Assembly (NCBI GenBank): GCA_944389525.1 | Contig: CALXMR010000003.1 | Span: 2,915 to 66,914 of the forward strand | Direction of reading: 5' to 3' | DNA from: an uncultured Alphaproteobacteria bacterium | GTDB lineage: Bacteria; Pseudomonadota; Alphaproteobacteria; Rs-D84 | Length of the DNA: 64,000 bases | In this document: piece by piece, positions 21,056-29,610 of the stretch | Position numbering within the stretch: the stretch's first letter is position 1 | How the letters are laid out: every line of letters begins with the position of its first letter | Translations under genes and position numbers: made by a program | The notes under the pieces: model-generated | Told to the model about the DNA's origin: nothing | The model's input: only the letters and a program-made list of their open reading frames with translations | Database searches by the model: none

Positions 21056-21268
21056 GCTTGTTTTCCTTTGGTTATGTTATTGGTTTGTTTAGTGATGTAT
21101 TTTCCCAGTTGATGTGGATTGACAACGGTTCTGAACCATAGTTCCACAGTTATGACAAAAATCATAAACTGTTTTGGGCAGATATTACAAGCAATTTTTT
21201 GCGCCATTGTGTGGTGGCGGGGTATCTAAATCACGGGATGACAAGAGAAAGTCCCGGTGTTTTATTAT

Positions 21269-22852
21269 TTACACAAATTTTTCAGGAACCAGGTTTGTGA
21301 TTATTTTTAACGCCCGCCGGAATATTGATGTGTCTGGGCTGTGATGATATACGCGTGGTTCGGTATCGCCCGGGCGACTGCCTGTCCAGACAGGGTCGCC
21401 ATTTTCGTCCAATGTCACCCGCCATGATGTTTTTGTGTCACGAATAATCATCTCGCGCAGTTTGTCGGCAAAATCACGGCTTTCAAAAATGGCGACATTT
21501 TCTGTGTTGTAATACGCGCTGCGCGGGTCCAGGTTAAAACTGCCTATCCATGAAATATCGTCATCGAACACAATTGTTTTGCTGTGCAGTACAGAAAAAC
21601 TAGATTGCTTGCGTTCGCGGTCATGTTCTTTGCCGCGCAGATTTTCCGCCGACAGCATGAATTCATACACATCTGCCCCAGATTCAATCAGTTGCCGTCT
21701 GTATTTTTCCCACTTTGCGTACACGGTCGGCGCGTTTGTTGACGCCAGTGAATTTGTAACGATTGTCATATGCACGCCAGATTTTTCTTCGCGCAGCATG
21801 TGTTCCAGCCCCCCCTGGCCCGGGACAAAGTACGCCGCCGACATGTATACAGAATCTGTTGTTTCGCCCCACAGGTGTTGCAATGCCTGGATAATATCGC
21901 CACGATATTTTTCTTTTTCATCCATGGTCATTTCCACCTTGGCCGGTGGGTCAGCCAGAAATTTACCGTGTCCCCAACTGAAATCGAATTTTTTGTTTTT
22001 ATATTCGCGTTGCGCGCGCGCAATGATTTTTTGATATTCTTTGATTGCGTCTGCGCTTTTTTGTTCAATATCGGCGAACTTTTTTTCCAGTTTGCGCATT
22101 GCGCGTTCTGACTTTGCCTTTGGAAATACAGATGCCGGAATTGACAAGTGATAATTCCAATATTCATCAAAACTGGCGGTTGCATACTTGGTCATGTCGC
22201 CGATAAACAACACATCGGTATCAGAAAAGTTAGACGCCGTTTCTGGATAGAAATAATTACTGCCCACATTGCGGCCGCCAGTGATGTATGCAATGTTGTC
22301 GACAATAAATAACTTGTTATGCATTCTGGAATTCAGGCGATTAAAGTCCAGCAAGAATTGCGGATAGTACAACAAACGCGACCGATTGGCGACCGGGTTA
22401 AAAACCTTGACCTCTATATTCGGGTGTTGGTTCAGCAGCATAACATCCGCAATATCAGATTTTGTTCCATAATCGTCCAGCAGTATTCTGACCTTGACCC
22501 CGCGGTCGGCGGCGTTTTTCAGTTCACCAATTAACACCTTGGACGAGAAGTCGTTACTGTAAATATATGTTTGTAAATCAATTGTCTTGGTTGCCATGCG
22601 TGCAAACGCGGCGCGGATAACAAACGCCGACAGACCATCTTCGATTAATGTAGCACCACTGATATCATCGCCCGCCGCCAATTCGTTTGCATAGCACTGT
22701 GCAATTGGTGTCTGCATCGGGTCATATTTGAAATCTGTTGCAGTGACCTTGGGTGTATAGTTCGCCAGCCGTTCATCTGTTGTCGATGTTGGTATGGTCG
22801 TGCACCCCACCAGTGGCAGTGTCAGAATAAACATAGAAACTTTCTTTAACAT
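21269..22852 (-). CDS. Phospholipase D family lipoprotein (ClsC/YmdC-like cardiolipin synthase)
   Basis: Lipobox LVGC; two HKD motifs (MHNKLFIVD, LHSKTIVFD), GGRN, GSFNLDPRS. Confidence 0.92.
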   Translation of the reverse strand: MLKKVSMFILTLPLVGCTTIPTSTTDERLANYTPKVTATDFKYDPMQTPIAQCYANELAAGDDISGATLIEDGLSAFVIRAAFARMATKTIDLQTYIYSNDFSSKVLIGELKNAADRGVKVRILLDDYGTKSDIADVMLLNQHPNIEVKVFNPVANRSRLLYYPQFLLDFNRLNSRMHNKLFIVDNIAYITGGRNVGSNYFYPETASNFSDTDVLFIGDMTKYATASFDEYWNYHLSIPASVFPKAKSERAMRKLEKKFADIEQKSADAIKEYQKIIARAQREYKNKKFDFSWGHGKFLADPPAKVEMTMDEKEKYRGDIIQALQHLWGETTDSVYMSAAYFVPGQGGLEHMLREEKSGVHMTIVTNSLASTNAPTVYAKWEKYRRQLIESGADVYEFMLSAENLRGKEHDRERKQSSFSVLHSKTIVFDDDISWIGSFNLDPRSAYYNTENVAIFESRDFADKLREMIIRDTKTSWRVTLDENGDPVWTGSRPGDTEPRVYHHSPDTSIFRRALKIITNLVPEKFV

Positions 22853-23050
22853 CCTCAATTTATGTTAGCCTTTTGTTGTTGCGGGCGTAGTATACAGTAT
22901 ACATTATACATATGTCAAATTCATTAAAAAATATAATAATCAGGAATACAAACCCAGAAGCGTGAAATATTGGAGAATGGCAGTGTACTTTTTGTTTGCG
23001 TGATTTTGTGTAATGTGATAAAATCATATGTAATAGGAAGGATTTTTTAT

Positions 23051-25435
23051 ATGAAAAGACTTGTTGCCGTAATTAGTGGATTGTTGGTTTTACCCGCATT
23101 TGCAGAGGTTGCGCCCGAATATTTCTATCAGGAAATGATGGCGCAATATGCAGCAGAAAATCCAGAGATGGAATTTGTGACAGATTCTGCCACGGACGAA
23201 GTGGCGGATGTGTCAGAGCAGTCTGCAGACACTCAGCCGGTTGTTCCAGTTGTTCCAACCGCGGTCAGTCCGCGTAACACATCTGGTCGTGCGGCAGCGT
23301 CTCGTGCGGTCGCGTCATCAACAACCACATCTGCGCGTAATGTTGCAAATCGCGCAACGGCGGCGACAACGGCGCGTACTGTCTCTGCGCGGCCGGCGGC
23401 GGTGAACACGAAAACAACATCTTCGCGTGCGGCGGTAACGACACCGTCACGTGCGGCGGCATCGCGCACGGCACGGTCTGCATCAAATACGGTGGCCAAT
23501 CGGCCGACAACAACGGTGCGTTCGACAACTGCGTCTGTGCCGGGTGTAACAACGCGTACGGCATCGGCGCAAAAGAATAATTCAAATACGGCACGTGCAT
23601 CAATTGTTCAAACAGATACGGTCAATACCCCATTGTATATCAGTGGTGATACCACCGCACGGGTCAGCACTCGGTCCACGAATGTCAGTGCGCGTGTTCC
23701 GACAATACGCGTGGGGTCAACAACATCAACTGGGACATCTGAAACCAGTACATCGTCAACAATATCTATGGATGAATTGGCCCAGTTAACCGATTATTGC
23801 AAGGCCCAGTATGTTGCGTGTATGGATAATTTCTGCAATGTTCTGGATGACAGCCAGGGGCGTTGCAGTTGCAGTGCGAACCTGGATAATTATGCTGAAA
23901 CCGAAGCGGCGTTGAAGCAGGCAACTGCTGATTTGCAGGAGGTTGCCCAACAGATTCAATACATCGGCCTGACCGCAGAAGAAGTGGAAACATTATTCAC
24001 CCAGACCGAGGCGGAATTGCAAATGCAATCCAGCACGGATAACAGCCAGTTAAAGAATGATTTGGACAAGATAAAAAGTCTGATTGTTGATGTTGAATCT
24101 GGTCGCGCATCATCATCTTCGTCTGGGGGGGTAAGTTTTGATTTGTCGGGTTTGTTGGACTTTACAATCGACAGTACTGGATTTGATTTAGGATCCTTGC
24201 TGGGGATGAGTACCACGGACACCAGCAGTATCAGCAACCAACGTGGTGAAAAATTATATGATACCGCGGCGGCGCGTTGTCGTGCATCTGTATTGAACAG
24301 TTGCCAGGCCCAAGGGGTGGATATAACTGTTATCACAAACGCGTATGATTTGGAAATTGACAAGGCATGTATCGCGTACGAACGTGCCCTGACAGAATCT
24401 AATGATCAAATGGCATCAACGGTTCGCAACGCGAAAAGTGTGTTGCAGCGCGCGCGTCTGTTGGTGGCCCAGCAAAAGAATCAATACGATTTGCGTGGGT
24501 GTGTGACAGAATTAGACAACTGCATGCAAGATGATTTTGTTTGTGGCGATGATTACGAAAACTGTCTGGACCCCAGTGGTAAATTCATTGTTAACGGCGA
24601 AATTGTCGTGGGCAGTGAACCGGGCGCCCCGGGTGATGCTCTTGCGGCGATATATGACGCATGGGAATATACCAAGTCGAGCGGCGCTGGTTCCACAATA
24701 TATAATGCATGGGGGTTAAGTTCTTCGGATACGGACAACAAAGTATCTGCGGGTACGCTGGCGGACTATATTGCAGAAACGGTTACCAGTTCTGTGCCAT
24801 CGGGAACCTCGACCGACATGTCAAAGTTCTTGCAGAACAAAATCGGTTATCATGATGATGGGGACGGCAAAAACTATGGTATGTGCATCGCGGTGCTGAA
24901 TCGTTGCCAGGATCTGACATACGAAGGTACCGGCCAAAACAAGAAATATATACCAAACAATAATGTTATCAAAGAATACCTGAACCGTACATTAGTGCAA
25001 ATCAAATCTGCCCAGGATACAATTCTGGCCGATTATGCAGAAGACTGTATTACGGATGTGGCATCGTGTCTGACCCAGAATAACTATGATCCAGATGGGG
25101 GGGCTGGACAGATAGAATGGATTTATAACGGTGACTTGTGGTTCGAAACTGAAGGTGGGAGGTGTGGCCCGTTGTCATCACAGCAGACATTATTTGAACA
25201 TTTAGGCAATGCTGGTTTTGGGCTGTATAGTGCCGAAGGATGCCCGGAAGAAAAAGAGGTTAAGCTAAACGATGTTATACGGGTATCAACTGTGTCTGCG
25301 GCTAATATGGTTGCGATGCGCGCATGTAACCCAGTAATAACAACTTGTATGAGTGTTAATGGTGTTGAAAAGTCTGACGATTTTGATACATCGTTAACCC
25401 AGGCTGTCTGGATTCAACAGGTAATGGGAAATTAA
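23051..25435 (+). CDS. Secreted Cys-rich helical protein (novel paralogue family) with S/T/R/A-rich linker
   Basis: Signal peptide; CKAQYVACMDNFC..RCSCS; GEKLY..C; CGDDYENC. Confidence 0.8.
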   Translation: MKRLVAVISGLLVLPAFAEVAPEYFYQEMMAQYAAENPEMEFVTDSATDEVADVSEQSADTQPVVPVVPTAVSPRNTSGRAAASRAVASSTTTSARNVANRATAATTARTVSARPAAVNTKTTSSRAAVTTPSRAAASRTARSASNTVANRPTTTVRSTTASVPGVTTRTASAQKNNSNTARASIVQTDTVNTPLYISGDTTARVSTRSTNVSARVPTIRVGSTTSTGTSETSTSSTISMDELAQLTDYCKAQYVACMDNFCNVLDDSQGRCSCSANLDNYAETEAALKQATADLQEVAQQIQYIGLTAEEVETLFTQTEAELQMQSSTDNSQLKNDLDKIKSLIVDVESGRASSSSSGGVSFDLSGLLDFTIDSTGFDLGSLLGMSTTDTSSISNQRGEKLYDTAAARCRASVLNSCQAQGVDITVITNAYDLEIDKACIAYERALTESNDQMASTVRNAKSVLQRARLLVAQQKNQYDLRGCVTELDNCMQDDFVCGDDYENCLDPSGKFIVNGEIVVGSEPGAPGDALAAIYDAWEYTKSSGAGSTIYNAWGLSSSDTDNKVSAGTLADYIAETVTSSVPSGTSTDMSKFLQNKIGYHDDGDGKNYGMCIAVLNRCQDLTYEGTGQNKKYIPNNNVIKEYLNRTLVQIKSAQDTILADYAEDCITDVASCLTQNNYDPDGGAGQIEWIYNGDLWFETEGGRCGPLSSQQTLFEHLGNAGFGLYSAEGCPEEKEVKLNDVIRVSTVSAANMVAMRACNPVITTCMSVNGVEKSDDFDTSLTQAVWIQQVMGN

Positions 25436-25539
25436 AAAATGCCCCACGTGGGGCATTTTTATTGCTGGTAAATTTTGTTCGATGTATTTTGTCACACTTG
25501 TGGTGTGGTTTGTTGGTTTTGGTGTAATATCTAGTTCAG

Positions 25540-25872
25540 TCAATTGTGGGCCGTACACCAGTGTAATATCACACTGATAATAAAAATAATCGTAATTGCC
25601 ATCAATATGACTTTCTGTATGCGATGATTCTGATTACCATGACAATGGTCGCAATCACAGTGGCAATCGCGCAGCACCAAATACCATGACAGTGCCAACA
25701 TTAACCCAGAAAACACGAACAGCCACGGTTCAATCCAGTGTGGAATAAATTCTGCGTGCGCGAATTCAGGCGCAAATAAACTGATAACAGATAGCGCAAT
25801 TGGCAGCACACAGCAAAACAAATGCGGCAAAATACTGGCAATTATTCCGATTTTAATGGCTTTGTTTTTCAT
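25540..25872 (-). CDS. Small membrane protein, MerT/MerC-like metal-binding transporter
   Basis: CC pair in TM1 (FCCVLP), three hydrophobic segments, CHCDCDHCH loop. Confidence 0.6.
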   Translation of the reverse strand: MKNKAIKIGIIASILPHLFCCVLPIALSVISLFAPEFAHAEFIPHWIEPWLFVFSGLMLALSWYLVLRDCHCDCDHCHGNQNHRIQKVILMAITIIFIISVILHWCTAHN

Positions 25873-25889
25873 ATTCTATCTCTGTTATA

Positions 25890-26006
25890 TGGCGTCCCCA
25901 ACAGGATTACTGCGCCACCTGGCAAAATTGCGCACTTGCGCAACCGGCGTACTGTCGTCCGCCTTTTTGCGGCGGTTCGAACCTTTGCCACATGTTCGAT
26001 TCCTGT
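25890..26006 (-). repeat. tRNA-linked mini-element duplicating the tRNA-Arg 3' end
   Basis: TGGCGTCCCCAACAGGA occurs at 25890 and 26007. An inverted T-arm copy GTTCGATTCCTGTTGG lies at 25994-26009. Confidence 0.8.
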
Positions 26007-26082
26007 TGGCGTCCCCAACAGGAATCGAACCTGTATCAAGGGTTTAGGAAACCCCCGTTCTATCCAGTTGAACTATGGGGAC
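26007..26082 (-). tRNA. tRNA-Arg (CCT)
   Basis: GTCCCCATAGTTCAACTGGATAGAAC..TTCCTAA..GGTTCGATTCC..GGGGACGCCA cloverleaf with encoded CCA. Confidence 0.93.
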
Positions 26083-26178
26083 AGCAGACTATATTTTATT
26101 CACAGATTTTAATATTGCAAGTTGTATTCGCGACATGTATAATACCCCAGGTTTAAGACGCAGGAAAGGGATAAGTAT

Positions 26179-27117
26179 ATGGGAAACAGACTGATTGGAT
26201 ATGGATCTTATCTGCCGGAACGCATTGTCACGAATTTCGATCTGGAAAAAATGGTCGATACATCTGATGAATGGATTGTTCAACGCACAGGCATGCGGGA
26301 ACGGCACTTTGCGCGTGATGACGAAACAGTTGTCGATATGGCGACCATTGCCGCCACGCGTGCGCTGGAAAATGCAAATTTAACAATAAACGATATTGAT
26401 ATGGTGATTGTCGCAACAACGACCCCAGAACTGGACTTTCCATCTGTGGGTGTACAAGTATTGGGTCGCATGGGCGCAACAAACAGTGCGCCGGCCTTTG
26501 ATGTGCGCGGTGCATGTACCGGATATATATACGCGTTGCATTGCGCGCGTGCGTTCTTTGCGGCGGGCATTCACAATCGCATAATGGTAATCGGTGCGGA
26601 AAAGATGTCACGCTTTATCGATTGGTCTGATCGCAGCACGGCGGTATTATTTGGCGATGGGGCTGGGGCGTTAATATTTGAACATTCTTCGTCCAGTTAT
26701 TCTGGGATTATTGACACGGTTGTTATGTCTGATGGTGGCGAATTTGAAATGCTGCATGGCACGCCCGATCATCATATAATAATGAACGGCCCAGAAACTT
26801 ATAAAAAGGCCGTGACATTAATGCCGGACGCCGCCAGTTATATCATGGAACACGCCGGCATTACGGCGGAAAATGTTGACTGGATTGTCCCGCACCAGGC
26901 GAATTTGCGTATTATTCAAAGTGGGGCCGCACGTCTGGGCTTTCCATTGGAAAAGATTTTGGTGACGGTGGACAAACATGCGAATACCAGTGGGGCATCT
27001 GGGGTACTTGCATTATCGTACGCATTTGATAATAATATAATAAAGCGCGGGCAACTGGTTCTGTACCCGGCATTTGGCAGTGGGCTGACATGGGGGGCCG
27101 CGTTAATCAGGGTGTAA
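26179..27117 (+). CDS. fabH: 3-oxoacyl-ACP synthase III
   Basis: DTSDEWIVQRTG, ACTGY, LFGDGAGA, PHQANLRI, NTS, FGSGLTWG. Confidence 0.96.
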   Translation: MGNRLIGYGSYLPERIVTNFDLEKMVDTSDEWIVQRTGMRERHFARDDETVVDMATIAATRALENANLTINDIDMVIVATTTPELDFPSVGVQVLGRMGATNSAPAFDVRGACTGYIYALHCARAFFAAGIHNRIMVIGAEKMSRFIDWSDRSTAVLFGDGAGALIFEHSSSSYSGIIDTVVMSDGGEFEMLHGTPDHHIIMNGPETYKKAVTLMPDAASYIMEHAGITAENVDWIVPHQANLRIIQSGAARLGFPLEKILVTVDKHANTSGASGVLALSYAFDNNIIKRGQLVLYPAFGSGLTWGAALIRV

Positions 27118-27120
27118 AAA

Positions 27121-27408
27121 ATGGCAACAATAACCAGAAATGACTTTGCAAACAGATTGCGTGAACGATTTGGTCTGACGACCGCGGACGCGTTCAAGTT
27201 AGTAGATATCGTATTTGACGAAATTCGTGAATCGCTGATTCATGGCGAAGAGGTTAAGTTCGCCGGCTTTGGCACATTTAAAATATTGGCAAAGCCCCAG
27301 CGTATGGGACGTAATCCAAAAACAGGCGAATCGGCGGTAATATCGGCGCGCCGTGTGGCGTCATTCCGCCCCAGCAATGAATTCAGACGCCGTGTTGCGA
27401 AAAAGTAA
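27121..27408 (+). CDS. ihfA: Integration host factor alpha / HU family
   Basis: VKFAGFGTF, GRNPKTG, ISARRVASFRPS; located directly after fabH. Confidence 0.88.
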   Translation: MATITRNDFANRLRERFGLTTADAFKLVDIVFDEIRESLIHGEEVKFAGFGTFKILAKPQRMGRNPKTGESAVISARRVASFRPSNEFRRRVAKK

Positions 27409-27498
27409 TAAAACGCCGGCCTGTGCCGGTGTTTTTATTTATTGCACCAATCCGATTTCAGTAATAATATGAATTGCGAAAATTAAAAAGGATTGGGT

Positions 27499-28584
27499 AT
27501 GAAAATTTACGAACAAACAGAATTGGATTTCAAAGATGTATTGGTAAAGCCAAAGCGGTCTTTTATTAATTCGCGGTCCGAAGTGGATGTAACCCGCGAA
27601 TATAAATTCAAGTGGTGTCCGCGGACAATTGTGGGCACTGGCATTATATCTGCGAATATGGCAACGGTTGGCACATTCGAAGTTGCGCGGCATATGATAC
27701 AGAATAAAATGTTCTGCTGTTTACACAAACACTATCCGGTGGACGATTTAATAAAATTTATCACAGAAAATGATTGTCGCGAATATGTATTCTTGTCCAT
27801 GGGGCTGCGTGACGAAGACAGGGAAAAAATTGAAAAAATCTTGACCGAATATCCAGATTGTTGTCGCAACATTTGCATTGATGTGCCGAACGCATATATC
27901 CCGCGGGTCAAAGAACTGGTGGTGAAAATGCGCGAACAGTTCCCAGATATTTTGCTGATGGTTGGTAATGCGGTGACCGCGGAACTGGTCGAAGATTTAA
28001 TATTGTCGGGCGCCGACATTGTAAAATGTGGCATCGGCAGTGGCAGTGCATGTATCACCCGCCGCATAACTGGGGTTGGGCGTCCACAGTTATCAACAAT
28101 ATTTGAATGTGCCGATACCGCGCATGGCATTGGCGGCATGATTTGCAGCGATGGTGGCGTGGTCTATATCGGCGACATATGCAAGGCATTTGGTGCCGGT
28201 GCAGACTTTGTAATGATGGGCGGGTTTTACGCCGGCTGTGCCGAGGCCGCAGGCGATATTATCGAAAAGAAATTCATCACGAATCAGATCGATGAAAAAA
28301 CCGGCGAACGCATAATAGAAACAAAACAGTTCAAAGTGTTTTATGGTATGTCGTCTGAATACGCCCAGAACAAACATTACCACGGCATGCCTAAATATCG
28401 CGCCAGCGAAGGCCGTGTTGTCGAAGTTCCATTGCGTGGTTCCATTGATAAAATGAACCAAGATATTTTGGGTGGTCTGCGTTCGTATATGACCTATATC
28501 GGTGCGCGCCGGTTAAAAGATGTTTCAAAGTGTACAACATTCTATCGTGTGAACACACAGTTAAACACGGTGTTCGGGGAATAA
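27499..28584 (+). CDS. guaC: GMP reductase
   Basis: LDFKDVL.KPKRS..SRSEV, ANM.TVGTF, GIGSGSACITR, SDGG, FYGMSS, YRASEG. Confidence 0.93.
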   Translation: MKIYEQTELDFKDVLVKPKRSFINSRSEVDVTREYKFKWCPRTIVGTGIISANMATVGTFEVARHMIQNKMFCCLHKHYPVDDLIKFITENDCREYVFLSMGLRDEDREKIEKILTEYPDCCRNICIDVPNAYIPRVKELVVKMREQFPDILLMVGNAVTAELVEDLILSGADIVKCGIGSGSACITRRITGVGRPQLSTIFECADTAHGIGGMICSDGGVVYIGDICKAFGAGADFVMMGGFYAGCAEAAGDIIEKKFITNQIDEKTGERIIETKQFKVFYGMSSEYAQNKHYHGMPKYRASEGRVVEVPLRGSIDKMNQDILGGLRSYMTYIGARRLKDVSKCTTFYRVNTQLNTVFGE

Positions 28585-28627
28585 GTCCGGCCGGACTGCC
28601 TGGGGTAATATAAGAACTGTGTCACCA

Positions 28628-29071
28628 TGGCGCAGCGGATACCCTCGGCTGGCGCCTGCGGGGAAACCGTGACGATTTGACTGCGCGTGCGCTTGTCAAA
28701 TCTACTTGTTTTCGAACCAGGCGATGTTCATCGCATGATTGAACCATCGCCACGACCCAAAAACAAAAACGCCACCAGGGCATTTTAATAATGTTTAATA
28801 TCAAGTGCGTCTGCCACACTTCGTTAAAACTTCGTGTGGCACTCCTTCGCGTGAACTGTTCCGCTCCGGCTTGCCACCCGAAGCGTCACAGACGCGAAGG
28901 GTGGTTGGGGCAGCTGGATACCCTCGGCTGGCGCCTGCGGGGAAACCGTGACGATTTGACTGCGCGCGCGCTTGTCAAATCTACTTGTTTTCGAACCAGG
29001 CGATATTCATCGCATGATTGAACCATCGCCACGAACCAAAAACAAAAACGCCACCAGGGCGTTTTAATTTT
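28628..29071 (-). repeat. Two near-identical ~150-170 bp structured repeats downstream of tRNA-Gln, each ending in a tRNA-like 3' end, separated by a ~110 bp hairpin-rich spacer
   Basis: 28638-28788 is nearly identical to 28917-29067. TGGTTGGGGCAGCTGGAT occurs at 28903 and 29072. Confidence 0.9.
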
Positions 29072-29145
29072 TGGTTGGGGCAGCTGGATTCGAACCAACA
29101 CTGACGGAGTCAGAGTCCGGAGTTCTACCGTTAAACTATGCCCCA
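29072..29145 (-). tRNA. tRNA-Gln (CTG)
   Basis: TGGGGCATAGTTTAACGGTAGAAC..CTCTGAC..GGTTCGAATCC..CCCCAACCA. Confidence 0.93.
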
Positions 29146-29197
29146 ATGCGGGGGTATTATATATTGTATTATGCGTGTTTGCAATCTATTTTTTTAT

Positions 29198-29226
29198 TTG
29201 CGTTTTAGCAGATGGTTGCGTATAAT
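29198..29226 (+). promoter_or_regulatory. Sigma70-type promoter
   Basis: TTGCGT-N17-TATAAT. Confidence 0.65.
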
Positions 29227-29233
29227 GTTTCCT

Positions 29234-29495
29234 GAATCCAAAGGGATTTGGATTCGGGTTCGTAAGAAAACCTTTACCAAATCGGCATATTAATATATGT
29301 CGTAATCCGCATGGGGATAGTATGCGGCGCAAAGGTTGCGCCTTTTATTATCCACAACCCCGCACAGGTCGGGGGGCCGTCAGTTATACAACAGGGACGC
29401 AAGCGGACCTGATTCAGGTTTCCCAAAGGCTGGCGGGGTCAAATTTGGTTGATTTTCTTAACCCACCCGACCGCCAAATCCGATTTGGATTGGCG
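29234..29495 (+). ncRNA. C4-antisense-like structured leader RNA with downstream complementary target sites
   Basis: Series of hairpins ending GGCGCA..TGCGCCTTTT. TAAGAAAA and ACCAAAT are complementary to ATTTGGT..TTTTCTTA at 29443-29460. GGTCGGG..CCCGACC forms a long-range stem. Confidence 0.55.
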
Positions 29496-29610
29496 GTGTT
29501 TTATAACCAGGAAATTTTTCACAATAATTTATGTTGAAAGTTTTTTTGGTTATGCTACGCTGAGAGAACAGAAGGGTATCAAATTTCAAAAACAGCAAAA
29601 GGAGAACGGT

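Noticed and set aside
28628-29145. CRISPR array
   Set aside because: There are only two long (~150 bp) units tied to a tRNA, with no short repeat-spacer periodicity and no cas genes.
25890-29145. Prophage or genomic island between tRNA att sites
   Set aside because: The tRNA 3' duplications enclose under 200 bp each, the genes between the tRNAs are housekeeping, and there is no integrase.
28622-29146. Short ORFs over the tRNA-Gln repeats
   Set aside because: They are translations of tRNA and repeat sequence.
29449-29610. N-terminal extension of the autotransporter and small ORF 29322-29537
   Set aside because: These run through the structured leader, and a strong RBS precedes ATG 29611. 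A leader peptide cannot be excluded but is unsupported.
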